Below, one piece after another: positions 47,081 through 57,321 of a stretch of 64,000 bases of DNA (position 1 is its first letter; each line of letters starts with the position of its first letter). The position numbers were made by a program, and so were the translations under genes. Under the pieces are notes generated by a model. The model was not told the origin of the DNA and searched no databases. It saw only the letters and a program-made list of their open reading frames with translations. Source of the DNA: an uncultured candidate division Zixibacteria bacterium (lineage in GTDB: Bacteria; Zixibacteria; MSB-5A5; RBG-16-43-9); assembly GCA_963713865.1 (NCBI GenBank), contig OY970208.1:1792001-1856000 (forward strand). The letters are read 5' to 3'.

Positions 47081-47500
47081 ATGGCTCGCAGAAAAGAAAA
47101 AGGATTCACCCTGATCGAGCTAATGATCGTGGTGGTCATCATCGGTATATTGGCTGCTCTGGCTATTCCCAGATTTATGCGGGCTACTACTAAGACTAAG
47201 CAAACAGAAGCAAAACAGATATTGAAGCAGATATATGCAATGCAACATGCTTACCGGCAGGAATATGACTCTTACTGCTGTAACGGAGCTTCAGTTGTGG
47301 CGGATGGTTCTATTCCGGTTCTGGGAATTGATATTATGCATACTGCCAGGTATACATATACCATAGCTGCAAATGCGAATACTTTTACAGCTACCGCTAC
47401 TGCAGATTTAGATGATGATCCAGCCATAGACACCTGGACGGTAAGCGATTCTGGAGTAATAAGCTGTACCATTAATGATGCCAATAGCTTAGCTTTGTAG
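47081..47500 (+). CDS. type IV pilin, paralog 2
   Basis: Same class III signal; highly similar to the upstream pilin. Confidence 0.9.
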   Translation: MARRKEKGFTLIELMIVVVIIGILAALAIPRFMRATTKTKQTEAKQILKQIYAMQHAYRQEYDSYCCNGASVVADGSIPVLGIDIMHTARYTYTIAANANTFTATATADLDDDPAIDTWTVSDSGVISCTINDANSLAL

Positions 47501-47607
47501 AATCTTTCTACATTTCAATTTCCCCCCTATCAAATCTTAAAATATTTTTATATATACTTTTGGCTCTCTTGGTGGGCCCCTTTCAAGGTCGCCTGGTTGA
47601 ATAAAAT

Positions 47608-47647
47608 AGAAAGCTAAAGTCTCAAGACCTTGATGGCTTTCCCCTAC
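47608..47647 (-). repeat. extended GTAG-REP copy
   Basis: Reverse complement is near-identical to 58737-58776. Confidence 0.75.
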
Positions 47648-47761
47648 ATTTTTATTTAACATTCGGTATTCATCATCAGTCATTTGATATTAGCTTAATA
47701 TTTATCTTGAAAAAAAGAATCAATTTTTATATCTTCCTTAAAACTTATTGAGGAGAAACAG

Positions 47762-48751
47762 GTGAATCTAAAAGGTAAAAAAGTTTTTATCACCGGGGCA
47801 GGTGGTTTTGTGGGGAGCCACTTAGTTGAAACTTTAATTAAAATCGGAGCTAAGGTTAGAGCTTTAGTTCATTATAATTCCAGAAATGACTGGGGGATGT
47901 TGGAGGATTTAGATAAGAAAGTCTTGAGAGAAGTCGAGGTGGTAACTGGTGATATCAGGGATGGAGAGGGGATAAGATGGATGATCAAAGATCAAGAAGT
48001 CGTATTTCACCTTGCGGCTTTGATCGGTATCCCTTATTCTTATGTAAACCCAAAAGACGTTATCGAGACTAACGTTTTGGGGAGTTTAAATCTTCTTTTG
48101 GCGGCTTTAGATACTAATATAGAAAAGTTCGTCCACACTTCTACCTCAGAAGTTTATGGAACAGCTAAATATATACCAATGGATGAAAAACATCATTTGA
48201 ATCCCCAATCTCCTTATGCGGCAAGTAAAGTTAGCGCTGACCAGTTAGCTTTGAGTTTTTACCATTCCTACAATCTGCCGGTTGGTATAATCCGTCCTTT
48301 TAATATCTACGGGCCAAGACAGTCAGCCAGAGCCATCATACCTAATATAATTATGCAGGGGTTAGAAGGCAGAAAGATTAGACTTGGTTCTTTTTCCCCT
48401 ACCAGGGATTTAACCTACGTCGAGGATGCGGTTAGTGGTTTTATCTGTTTTGCTCAATCGGACAAAACGGTAGGAGAGATAGTGCATATAGGTACAAATC
48501 AGCAGGTCTCGATATTAGAATTGGTGGATTCAATCGGGCAGATGCTTCATAAAAACCTGACCGCTAAATCTGAGAGAAGAAGGGTTCGACCTTATAAAAG
48601 CGAGGTGGAAAGATTAATGGCTGATATCTCTAAAGCTAAAAGACTTTTTAACTGGAAACCAAAAATCAGCCTGGGAAAAGGGATAGAAAAAACGATTAAA
48701 TGGATGAATGAAAACTCCTGGAGATATAAAAAAGAAATTTATAATATCTAA
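47762..48751 (+). CDS. NAD-dependent nucleotide-sugar 4,6-dehydratase (LegB-like)
   Basis: GAGGFVG, FHLAALIGIPYSY, STSEVYG, YAASK, RPFNIYGPRQS. Confidence 0.85.
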   Translation: MNLKGKKVFITGAGGFVGSHLVETLIKIGAKVRALVHYNSRNDWGMLEDLDKKVLREVEVVTGDIRDGEGIRWMIKDQEVVFHLAALIGIPYSYVNPKDVIETNVLGSLNLLLAALDTNIEKFVHTSTSEVYGTAKYIPMDEKHHLNPQSPYAASKVSADQLALSFYHSYNLPVGIIRPFNIYGPRQSARAIIPNIIMQGLEGRKIRLGSFSPTRDLTYVEDAVSGFICFAQSDKTVGEIVHIGTNQQVSILELVDSIGQMLHKNLTAKSERRRVRPYKSEVERLMADISKAKRLFNWKPKISLGKGIEKTIKWMNENSWRYKKEIYNI

Positions 48752-48754
48752 AAA

Positions 48755-49477
48755 ATGTCCGAAACCGAATCCGTAGGAAAAACGATAATATTGGCTGGAG
48801 GAGAAGGGAAGAGGCTCAATCCCTTCACTATCATTTTACCCAAACCTTTAATGCCGGTTGGAAATATCCCTGTCTTAGAGGTGATAATTAAACAGCTTAA
48901 AAAATATAAGTTTACCGATGTCATCTTAGCAATAGGTTACTTAGGGAACTTGATACAAACCTTTTTCGGAGATGGTGATAAATTTGGAGTAAAGATAGAG
49001 TACAGTTATGAGGATAAACCTTTAGGCACGATGGGACCTTTAAGTTTAATACCCGGACTCGATAAAACCTTTATGGTTATGAATGGCGATCTTTTAACTT
49101 CCCTTGATTACCGAAAACTTATCGATTATCATGGTTCTAAAAGACCTATAGCCACAATTGCAGTACAAAGAAGAGAAATTGAGACAGATTACGGAGTTTT
49201 AGAATATGATAAAAGATATGTCTTAACTAAATACAGTGAAAAGCCCAAACTTCCTTACCGGGTGAGTATGGGTATCTATATCTTTGAACCAGAGATATTG
49301 AATTTCATACCCCGGAACAAAAAATTCGATTTCCCGGAATTAATGAGCCTTTTACTTGAAAAAGGGGAAAAGGTTTTAGTCTATCCCTCGACGGATTACT
49401 GGTTGGATATCGGCAGGCCTGAAGATTACCGGAAGGCGATTGAAGAATTTAACAAGATCAAGAAACAGATTTTATAG
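48755..49477 (+). CDS. sugar-1-phosphate nucleotidyltransferase
   Basis: LAGGEGKRL...PKPL, EDKPLGT, NGDLL, WLDIG. Confidence 0.88.
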   Translation: MSETESVGKTIILAGGEGKRLNPFTIILPKPLMPVGNIPVLEVIIKQLKKYKFTDVILAIGYLGNLIQTFFGDGDKFGVKIEYSYEDKPLGTMGPLSLIPGLDKTFMVMNGDLLTSLDYRKLIDYHGSKRPIATIAVQRREIETDYGVLEYDKRYVLTKYSEKPKLPYRVSMGIYIFEPEILNFIPRNKKFDFPELMSLLLEKGEKVLVYPSTDYWLDIGRPEDYRKAIEEFNKIKKQIL

Positions 49478-49517
49478 TTTATTTTAAATTCATTTTCTAA
49501 TTAGTTGACCAAAAAAG

Positions 49518-50657
49518 ATGAGTTGGAAAATTCCCCTATTTGATCTGGATTATAATCAAAAAGAAATCAATGCAGTTTTAAAAGTTCTAAGAAGAAGATG
49601 GCTTACCATGGGGGAAAGGGTGGAGGAGTTTGAAAATAAGTTTGCAGAATTTCTGAAAGCCAGATATGCAATTGCACTTTCCAGCGGGACGGCAGCTTTA
49701 CATTTAGCCTTGAAATCTCTGGGAATTAAAGAAAGAGATGAGGTCCTGGTTCCGGTTATAACCTTTGTAGCCAGTGCCAACGCAGTATTATATTGTGGAG
49801 CAAAACCTGTTTTTGTTGATTCTACAAGTTTAGAGGATTTTAATATTTCAATTACAGATCTGGAAAAAAAGACAAGCTCGAAAACCAGAGGGGTAGTTGT
49901 GGTTCATTACGGTGGATTTTTAGCTGATATGGAGAAAATAAACCGGCTGGCAAAAAAATACGATCTTTTTGTGATCGAAGACTCGGCTCATTCTATTGGC
50001 ACTAAATACGGATCAAAAATGGCAGGAACTTTTGGAGATGCAGGCTGTTACAGCTTTTTCTCCAATAAGAATTTAGCCACTGGTGAAGGAGGGATGATAG
50101 TCACCCCTGACCGGAAATTAGCCCAGAAGATCAAACTGCTAAGAACTCATGGAATGACCAGGTCGACCTGGGAGAGGTTTGAATCAAATTCATCTGGCTA
50201 TGATATTATAGAGCTGGGTTATAATTATAGAATGACCGAGATTAGTGCGGTCTTGGGTTTAGAACAATTGAAAAAGCTTGAGCGTAATAACTATAAAAGA
50301 AGATTACTTACTCAGATTTATATTAAATATTTAGGTGAAATCCAAGAAATCTCCATTCCCTTCAAAAACCATCCTGGAGATTCCAGCCATCATCTTTTTC
50401 CGATGCTTTTGGATAAGAACACCGGACGGGAAGAGTTTATGCGTAAGCTGGAGCAGAAAGGAATACAGACCAGCATCCACTATCAACCTGTTCATAAGTT
50501 CTCCTATTACCGAAAGAATTTTCCGCAGAAATCCGGAACGCTCTCCATCAGCGAAGAGATTGGAAAAAGGGAGGTAAGCCTGCCTTTACATCCGCAAATG
50601 AGCGAAGATGATGTCGTTTTTATCTGCCAGCAGATTAAAAAGATATTAAGTAGATAA
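49518..50657 (+). CDS. DegT/DnrJ/EryC1/StrS nucleotide-sugar aminotransferase
   Basis: SSGTAALHLA, IEDSAH, SFFSNKNLATGEGG, GYNYRM. Confidence 0.9.
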   Translation: MSWKIPLFDLDYNQKEINAVLKVLRRRWLTMGERVEEFENKFAEFLKARYAIALSSGTAALHLALKSLGIKERDEVLVPVITFVASANAVLYCGAKPVFVDSTSLEDFNISITDLEKKTSSKTRGVVVVHYGGFLADMEKINRLAKKYDLFVIEDSAHSIGTKYGSKMAGTFGDAGCYSFFSNKNLATGEGGMIVTPDRKLAQKIKLLRTHGMTRSTWERFESNSSGYDIIELGYNYRMTEISAVLGLEQLKKLERNNYKRRLLTQIYIKYLGEIQEISIPFKNHPGDSSHHLFPMLLDKNTGREEFMRKLEQKGIQTSIHYQPVHKFSYYRKNFPQKSGTLSISEEIGKREVSLPLHPQMSEDDVVFICQQIKKILSR

Positions 50658-50684
50658 ACTGACTTTATAACCGATAAAATAAAT

Positions 50685-51464
50685 ATGAATATTTTTATCG
50701 GAATTATTATTTTCATTTTCGGTCTGGCCATAGGCAGTTTCTTGAATGTCTGTATCTACCGTATTCCTTTGAGAAAATCAATAATTTTCCCCGCTTCTCA
50801 TTGTCCCAAATGCGGAAATAAAATCAGAGCTTTTGATAACATTCCGGTTTTGAGTTATCTCATCTTAAAAGGTAAGTGCCGATATTGCAAAGAGAAAATC
50901 TCATTTATTTACCCGGTGGTTGAGCTTCTGAGCGGGCTTTTATTCCTTTCACTTTACTTAAGATATGGATTAAGCTGGGAATTTGCTTCTAAAATATTTT
51001 TATTCACCAGCCTTCTGGTAATCTTTTTTATTGACTTAAAATATCAATTGATTCCTGATGTCATTACGCTACCGGGTATAGTTATTGGCTTTATATTCTC
51101 ACTTTTGGCACAATCACCCCCTTTTCTTGAATCCCTAATTGGCTTTTTTGCTGGTGGTGGAATTTTATATTTGATTGCTATCTTTGGAGATAAAATATTT
51201 AAGAAGGAAAGTATGGGGGGTGGAGATATTAAACTGGCAGCTATGCTTGGCACTTTTTTAGGCTGGAAGATGGTTTTGCTGGTTATTTTCTTGGCATCTT
51301 TTTTAGGGGCTATAGTCGGGATAACATATATAATATTTTCAAAACAGAGGAGAGGAAATAGGTTGATCCCTTTTGGACCTTTTCTGGCGATATCAACTCT
51401 GATTGCAGTTTTCTTAGGCAGCCAAATAGTTGAGCTTTACTTCGGGTTATTCTCTCGTATGTAG
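50685..51464 (+). CDS. pilD: prepilin peptidase/N-methyltransferase (A24A)
   Basis: GSFLNVCIYRIP, SHCPKC, GKCRYC, FIDL, MGGGDIKL, IPFGPFL. Confidence 0.92.
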   Translation: MNIFIGIIIFIFGLAIGSFLNVCIYRIPLRKSIIFPASHCPKCGNKIRAFDNIPVLSYLILKGKCRYCKEKISFIYPVVELLSGLLFLSLYLRYGLSWEFASKIFLFTSLLVIFFIDLKYQLIPDVITLPGIVIGFIFSLLAQSPPFLESLIGFFAGGGILYLIAIFGDKIFKKESMGGGDIKLAAMLGTFLGWKMVLLVIFLASFLGAIVGITYIIFSKQRRGNRLIPFGPFLAISTLIAVFLGSQIVELYFGLFSRM

Positions 51465-51494
51465 GAATCTTCAAAACCTCTCTCTATTAAAAAC

Positions 51495-51522
51495 TAAATC
51501 CGTTTTTTAGATGTGCCGATAA
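51495..51522 (+). promoter_or_regulatory. sigma28-type promoter
   Basis: TAAA-16-GCCGATAA; implies the kinase starts at a downstream ATG (about 51552). Confidence 0.55.
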
Positions 51523-51551
51523 AAGAAATGTCCTTAATTATCAAAGATGAC

Positions 51552-53435
51552 ATGAAGAAATATTTCAGGTTTAACTACGAATCAGAGATCAGGCTCTCGC
51601 TTTTGTTGTTAATCCTGTTTTTTGTTTTGATTAACTATGGAGTAGCATATCTTCTGGATCTGTCTAAAAGCGGGTGGAAGGAGGAGTCCCTTCAGAGCCT
51701 CAAAGGAATAGCTTATTCTGCCAGTCAGCTTTACCAGAATACTGCTGGGGGAAAAGAGTTGAATTCCGAATTTAGAAATCTAACTTATCTCTGGGGGATC
51801 AAAAGGGTCGAGGTCATTGATTTGAATGGGAATGTCATCGCTTCTTCAGCCGATCGAGTCGAAAAAGGAGGCGATTCGCCGGCCTCTTCTTCGTTAAGCC
51901 GCTTCCGGTCTCAGCTATTTAAAGGTAATAGTTTCCTCTCAGATGTATATCCAGGCTTAGAGGGTGGAAATTACCAGAGCTACTTTTATTCTTTCATAGA
52001 CAAGAAAACTCAAAATACTTTTTTGGCTAGAGCAGAAAAAGAAGTAACTGAACTTTCCCGGATTGAACAAATATCCAAATACGAAGGTTGGGTTATAGGA
52101 TTGGGGATTATCGGAGTTCTGTTTCTGTCATTTTTCCTTTTTAAGAATATCTTCTCTCCGTATCAGAAGATGAAAAGGAAGGCGGAAGAGGAGAATATTC
52201 TTTCTCCTTCAACCCCGAAGGAAGATGTGGAAGTGGTGGTAGAAGTATTTCAGAAGGTTATAGCGGATCTTAAAGAAAAAGAGAGTAAACTGCAGGAACT
52301 CTATGTTCAAACGAATAACAAGGCTAAAGATTTAGAAAGGTATAATGAATACATACTCAAAAGCATAAACAACGGGGTGATAATCTGCGACAACCAGGGG
52401 AGGATAACCGGATTTAATCAAGCCGCTCAAAGGCTTCTCGGCTCATCTTTTAAATTGAGCTTAAATCTTCATTACAAAGAGGTCCTGGGTAAGAACACCT
52501 CGATTTCCAATATGTTAGAGGATATCGTGGTAAAGAAGAATTTAGCCCATGAAGTTGAAATAAATATTAAAGGGGGCAGGGAGGGAGACAGGTTTTTAAT
52601 GGCCGATAGTGCTCTTTTACGGGACGAAAATGAAAATATAATCGGCCTGGTATTAGTTTTGACTGATCTAACTGAGCTTAAAAAGATTCAGCAGGAGATG
52701 GCTTTCAAACAGAAAATGGCTACCCTGGGAGAGATCTCGGCCGGGCTGGCTCACGAGTTAAGAAACTCTATGGGAGCACTGCTGGGTTACAGCAAGATGC
52801 TAAAAAAAGGATTCAAAGTGAATAACCCTGCTTATCCCGTGGTTGAAAGCATCATAACGGAATCCCTGACCATAGAAAATCTTCTGCAGAGATTTTTGGA
52901 TTTTGCCAAACCCCTGGAGGTAAAGTGGGTAAAGTTTGACCTTGGCGAAGTGATTCAGGATTGCATTAAGATAGCTAGGGGAAAAAGACCGGATATGAAA
53001 ATTTCATTAACAACCGAAGAAAAAATTCCCCTTCTCCCGGGAGATCCATTCCTTTTAAGACAGGCTTTCCAAAACCTGATTCAGAATTCGATCGATGCTC
53101 TTAAAGATAGAGGTGAAATTAAGATTATCCTTCAAGTATTGAAGGATAATGGAAAACCCTGGCTTAAAATAATGGTTGAAGATAATGGCTGTGGAATCCC
53201 GGAGGATAATCTAGGACAGATATTTAATCCCTTCTTTACCTCCAAAGAGAAGGGGATAGGTTTAGGATTGAGCCTGGTAAAGAAAATAATCGATTTACAT
53301 AAAGGTGAAATCGAGGTTAAAAGTGAACTGGGGAAAGGAACGGTTTTTGCGTTACTTCTTCCTTTAACGGAGCCTCAATTGAAATCTAAAGAGAAAAATG
53401 ATTTAAAGCTTGAATCTGTTAGAATCCCTGCTTGA
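51552..53435 (+). CDS. membrane PAS sensor histidine kinase (NtrB/PilS-like)
   Basis: Two TM helices, PAS, AHELRN, NLIQNS, DNGCGI, FNPFFTSK, GLGL. Start uncertain (51513, 51528 or 51552). Confidence 0.9.
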   Translation: MKKYFRFNYESEIRLSLLLLILFFVLINYGVAYLLDLSKSGWKEESLQSLKGIAYSASQLYQNTAGGKELNSEFRNLTYLWGIKRVEVIDLNGNVIASSADRVEKGGDSPASSSLSRFRSQLFKGNSFLSDVYPGLEGGNYQSYFYSFIDKKTQNTFLARAEKEVTELSRIEQISKYEGWVIGLGIIGVLFLSFFLFKNIFSPYQKMKRKAEEENILSPSTPKEDVEVVVEVFQKVIADLKEKESKLQELYVQTNNKAKDLERYNEYILKSINNGVIICDNQGRITGFNQAAQRLLGSSFKLSLNLHYKEVLGKNTSISNMLEDIVVKKNLAHEVEINIKGGREGDRFLMADSALLRDENENIIGLVLVLTDLTELKKIQQEMAFKQKMATLGEISAGLAHELRNSMGALLGYSKMLKKGFKVNNPAYPVVESIITESLTIENLLQRFLDFAKPLEVKWVKFDLGEVIQDCIKIARGKRPDMKISLTTEEKIPLLPGDPFLLRQAFQNLIQNSIDALKDRGEIKIILQVLKDNGKPWLKIMVEDNGCGIPEDNLGQIFNPFFTSKEKGIGLGLSLVKKIIDLHKGEIEVKSELGKGTVFALLLPLTEPQLKSKEKNDLKLESVRIPA

Positions 53436-53540
53436 TCGTTATTTAAATTCCCACAATCAACTCTTCTTATTTAATTTCTCTTGTCTTAATATTTTTTTGT
53501 TAGTATTATACTTTAAGTTGTTTTTTATGGTTAAATTGAG

Positions 53541-54665
53541 ATGCGAATAATTCATCTATCAGATACCCATTTAGGAGCGGGAGGAGTTAGCCGTAAGGTT
53601 TCGCCTTCTGGAATAAATCAAAGGGAAGAAGATATTTGTAATTCTTTCATCGGGGCGCTCGATCAAATTATTGAAATCAAACCAGATCTGGTTATCCATT
53701 CTGGCGATTTGTTTAACTCGGTCCGGCCTACTAACCGCATTATAAATTTAGCCATCAGACAGCTTTTACGCCTGACTTCTATCTCCATTCCGGTAATAAT
53801 CATCTCCGGAAACCATGATACACCTAAACAGAGAGAGATAGGTTCGATCTTTTCTTTCTTCGAGGTTTTCCCGGGTTTGAGATTGGTCTATCAGGACAGA
53901 TACGAGAAGATTAGGATAAAAGACTTAGCAGTGCATTCGGTTCCGCATTGTCTTTCACCAGCTACTTTTCAGTCAGAGCTTGAGAAAATAGAGATAGACA
54001 GGGAGACTCGCTTCAATGTCTTGACACTACACGGTGTAGTCTCCGGCATAAAGGAATTCTCCATGGGAGAACTTGCAGAATTAGAAATACCTTCCTCTCT
54101 ATTTAAAAAAGGGTTTGATTATGTTGCCTTGGGTCATTATCATCGATATACTCAGGTTGAAGAAAATGTCTATTACGCTGGTTCAACTGAGAGGATTACC
54201 ATGGCGGAATTAGGTCAGGAAAAAGGGTTCGTAGCAGTAGATTTACCTTTGAAAGAAACAAGATTTCATATTGTTCCAACCCGTCCAATGGTTGAGCTCC
54301 CTGATATAAATGCAGAGGGAAAAGATCACGAGCAGATTATAGAGGAGATAGAAAACTTGCTTGAGACAAATGAAATTAAGGATAAAATAGTTCGTTTAAA
54401 AATTGCTCAGATCCCTGCCTACGTCTATAATTCTCTGAATTTCAGAAAACTATCTGAGCTCAAAGCTCAGGCTTTTTATTTAGATTTAAAATTTGAAAAG
54501 AAAGAGGAGAAAGAAACGGATTTCTCAACCCAAACCAGCATAGGTAAATTAACTGAGGAGTTTAACCAGTATCTTAAGGGATATATCGTCGAAGATTTAA
54601 AAAGAGAAAAGCTCCAGGAATTAGGTTTAAAATATTTATCCGAGAAAAGAGGAGAAGAGGAATAA
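53541..54665 (+). CDS. sbcD: SbcD/Mre11 nuclease
   Basis: HLSDTHLG, SGDLF, SGNHD, LHG, ALGHYH. Confidence 0.88.
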   Translation: MRIIHLSDTHLGAGGVSRKVSPSGINQREEDICNSFIGALDQIIEIKPDLVIHSGDLFNSVRPTNRIINLAIRQLLRLTSISIPVIIISGNHDTPKQREIGSIFSFFEVFPGLRLVYQDRYEKIRIKDLAVHSVPHCLSPATFQSELEKIEIDRETRFNVLTLHGVVSGIKEFSMGELAELEIPSSLFKKGFDYVALGHYHRYTQVEENVYYAGSTERITMAELGQEKGFVAVDLPLKETRFHIVPTRPMVELPDINAEGKDHEQIIEEIENLLETNEIKDKIVRLKIAQIPAYVYNSLNFRKLSELKAQAFYLDLKFEKKEEKETDFSTQTSIGKLTEEFNQYLKGYIVEDLKREKLQELGLKYLSEKRGEEE

Positions 54666-54717
54666 GAAGTCTAAAAGCTTAAGACTTTAGACTATAGCCT
54701 CAAGACTATAGACTGTT

Positions 54718-57111
54718 ATGTATTTGCAATCGATTCAATTGGAAAATTATAGACGTTTTAAATCTGTCCAGACCGATTTCCCGGATGGGATAGTAGGTAT
54801 AATCGGGACCAATGGCGCCGGGAAATCGACCCTGATGGAAGCTATTGCCTGGACTTTATATGGAAATGAGGCTGCCCGCACTGGAAAAGATGAGATAAAA
54901 AGGTTAAATGCAAAACCTCAAGAGGTTAGCCGGGTTATTCTGGATTTCGAACTTCAGGGCGAAAACTATCGGGTAGTTAGAGAATTAAAAGGTGCTTCCA
55001 ATCAACAAGATTCTTCAGTCTTAATTAACGGTAAGGTAGTGGCAAGGGGAGTAACTCCGGTCAATGATTTTATCGAAAAAACCCTGGATATGGATTACAG
55101 AGCTTTTGTCACCTCTTTCTATGCGCCTCAGAAAGAATTAAACATTCTATCCGATTTTCCACCCTATAAGCGCAAGGAGATCTTAGCCCGAATGTTAGGG
55201 ATAGAAAGAATTGACTCGGCGTTGAAGAACTTACGCATCGATATTAGGGAGATAAAGTTAAGGGTTGAGGTCAACGAAACACATCTGAAAGATATAAATG
55301 AGCTAATTAACAAGAAAAAAGATCTTGCAGAAGAACTCAAGAATTTCTCTAATATCATAAATGAAGAGGAAAAGAGTTTTCAGGTGGAAGAGATTAGTTT
55401 GAAGGCAATTGAAGAAGAACTTAAAAAGAAAAAGGGGGAGTCGGAAGTTTTCAATAAATTTAAAAACGACCTTACGGTCAAACAGGCTTTATCAGCCGAA
55501 CTTATTATTCAGATAACCAAGGGCAAAAAAGAAATTGAGACATTTGAAAATCTCACCCCAGAATTGGATGAGCTTGAAAAAGAAGTGAAAGCTTACCCTC
55601 AGGTTAAAGAAGATTTTATGTTATATGAAGGTCTTAAGCTAAAGGCTGAACAGAAAATAAATATTCTAATTCAGGTAGAAAACATTCTCCAATCCATAGA
55701 TAAAGACAAGAAAAGAATTGAAACTTTAGAACTAACCAGAATTGATTTAGAGAAGAAAAATAAAACTTCAGATGAGTTAAAAATTAAATCTCTGGAGATT
55801 GAACAGCAATTAGAAAAAACCAGGTCGGAATTCGTTCAGGTTCAATCTGTTTATAAGGTAAGCTCAGAAGAACAAAAAAAGGTTCAAACCCAGCTTGAAG
55901 GCATAGACAAATTGGGACCGGATTCTATATGCGACCGTTGCTTAAGACCAATGGGAGCAGATTACCCCAAAATTAAAAATCACCTTAACTTAGACCTAGA
56001 GAAAATAAAGAATAATTTAGGTTCAATCCTGGACGAGCGAAAGAGAATAGAAGATAAGGGGAAGGAGCTTAAAAAAGGGAAAATGAACTTGGAGGAAAAT
56101 ATAGGTAGGTTGCAAAAAGAGATAGAACAACTTTTGAAAGAAAAAGGTGAACAGGAAACCTTAAAGAAAAGCCTTTTGGACAAGGAAAATAATCTTTCGT
56201 TCTTACAGGAAAATTTAAATAAACTGGGTGAATTTAATTACGATGCTGCAGTTCATTTAGAATTGAAAACAAATATGGAAAGGTTAGAGGTACTCAGAGA
56301 AAAATATCTGGCGTTAAATCAAGAAAGGAATAAACTCCCTCAACTAAAACAGAACCTGGCTCAATTAGAAAATAAACTAACAGATCTTAATAGGGAGATT
56401 GAAACGCTTAAGGAGAAAATTAAGCTTCTCTCATATTCCGGGGAAGAGCTCAAAAGCGCTGAGAAGAGAGTGGAAGATAAAAGGTCAAAAGTCCATCAGT
56501 TAGAGCTGAATTTAAAGGACCTCTATTACCAGAAGGAGCTTTTTTCCCTGGAACTCGAGAAAATAGAGAAAGAGATAGAAGAAACCCAGAAACTTAAAGG
56601 AGAGCTTAAATCTTTGGGCGAGGATAAGCTTTATTTAGAAAAATTAGATGAAATCTTAGCAGGTTTTAAGGCTTCTTTGATCTCCAGAATCAGACCAGCT
56701 CTCTCAGTTTATGCCAAAGAACTCTTCTATGAATTGACTGACGGAAGGTATGAAGATTTAGAGCTAAACGAAGAGTATGAGATTTACATCTTCGATCAGG
56801 GGGAGAAATTCTCCGTTGAGCGTTTTTCCGGCGGTGAAAAAGATCTGGCGAACCTGTGTTTAAGGCTGGCGATCTCCCTTTTGATCTCTGAATCCAGCGG
56901 GGTGGAGTTCTCCTTTATAATTTTAGATGAGATCTTCGGGAGTCAGGATGATTCCCGTAAAGAAAACATCCTCAAAGGGCTGGCTAAACTGAAGAATAGA
57001 TTCAGGCAGATATTTTTAATCACCCATATAGATGACATCAAAGATTCAGTCGAAAATTTAATCACCGTTCTGGAAAATGAGGATGGCACCAGCCAAATCG
57101 TTCTCCAGTAA
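54718..57111 (+). CDS. sbcC: SbcC/Rad50 SMC-like ATPase
   Basis: GTNGAGKS, coiled coil with CDRC zinc hook, FSGGE, ILDE, ITH. Confidence 0.88.
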   Translation: MYLQSIQLENYRRFKSVQTDFPDGIVGIIGTNGAGKSTLMEAIAWTLYGNEAARTGKDEIKRLNAKPQEVSRVILDFELQGENYRVVRELKGASNQQDSSVLINGKVVARGVTPVNDFIEKTLDMDYRAFVTSFYAPQKELNILSDFPPYKRKEILARMLGIERIDSALKNLRIDIREIKLRVEVNETHLKDINELINKKKDLAEELKNFSNIINEEEKSFQVEEISLKAIEEELKKKKGESEVFNKFKNDLTVKQALSAELIIQITKGKKEIETFENLTPELDELEKEVKAYPQVKEDFMLYEGLKLKAEQKINILIQVENILQSIDKDKKRIETLELTRIDLEKKNKTSDELKIKSLEIEQQLEKTRSEFVQVQSVYKVSSEEQKKVQTQLEGIDKLGPDSICDRCLRPMGADYPKIKNHLNLDLEKIKNNLGSILDERKRIEDKGKELKKGKMNLEENIGRLQKEIEQLLKEKGEQETLKKSLLDKENNLSFLQENLNKLGEFNYDAAVHLELKTNMERLEVLREKYLALNQERNKLPQLKQNLAQLENKLTDLNREIETLKEKIKLLSYSGEELKSAEKRVEDKRSKVHQLELNLKDLYYQKELFSLELEKIEKEIEETQKLKGELKSLGEDKLYLEKLDEILAGFKASLISRIRPALSVYAKELFYELTDGRYEDLELNEEYEIYIFDQGEKFSVERFSGGEKDLANLCLRLAISLLISESSGVEFSFIILDEIFGSQDDSRKENILKGLAKLKNRFRQIFLITHIDDIKDSVENLITVLENEDGTSQIVLQ

Positions 57112-57321
57112 AAAAGTAGACAGTAGATAGTAGACAGGATAAATCACCGTCGAAGGAAGTATCGTTGGTCTCTTGACCAATGGCAAGCAGGAGTTTATTC
57201 TTTGTAAAACTCTCTAATTGTTCATCTTTAATACAGCGATTACCCTCAAGGATTCACAGTTTTTCCGATAATATAAATGATAATTCGAAGAAACGATTTT
57301 CACCTATAAAGAGGTAAACTT

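Noticed and set aside
53541-57111. SMC plus nuclease as a Wadjet or other defence system
   Set aside because: A two-gene Mre11/Rad50 layout with a zinc hook is ordinary SbcCD; no kleisin, KITE or JetD partners.
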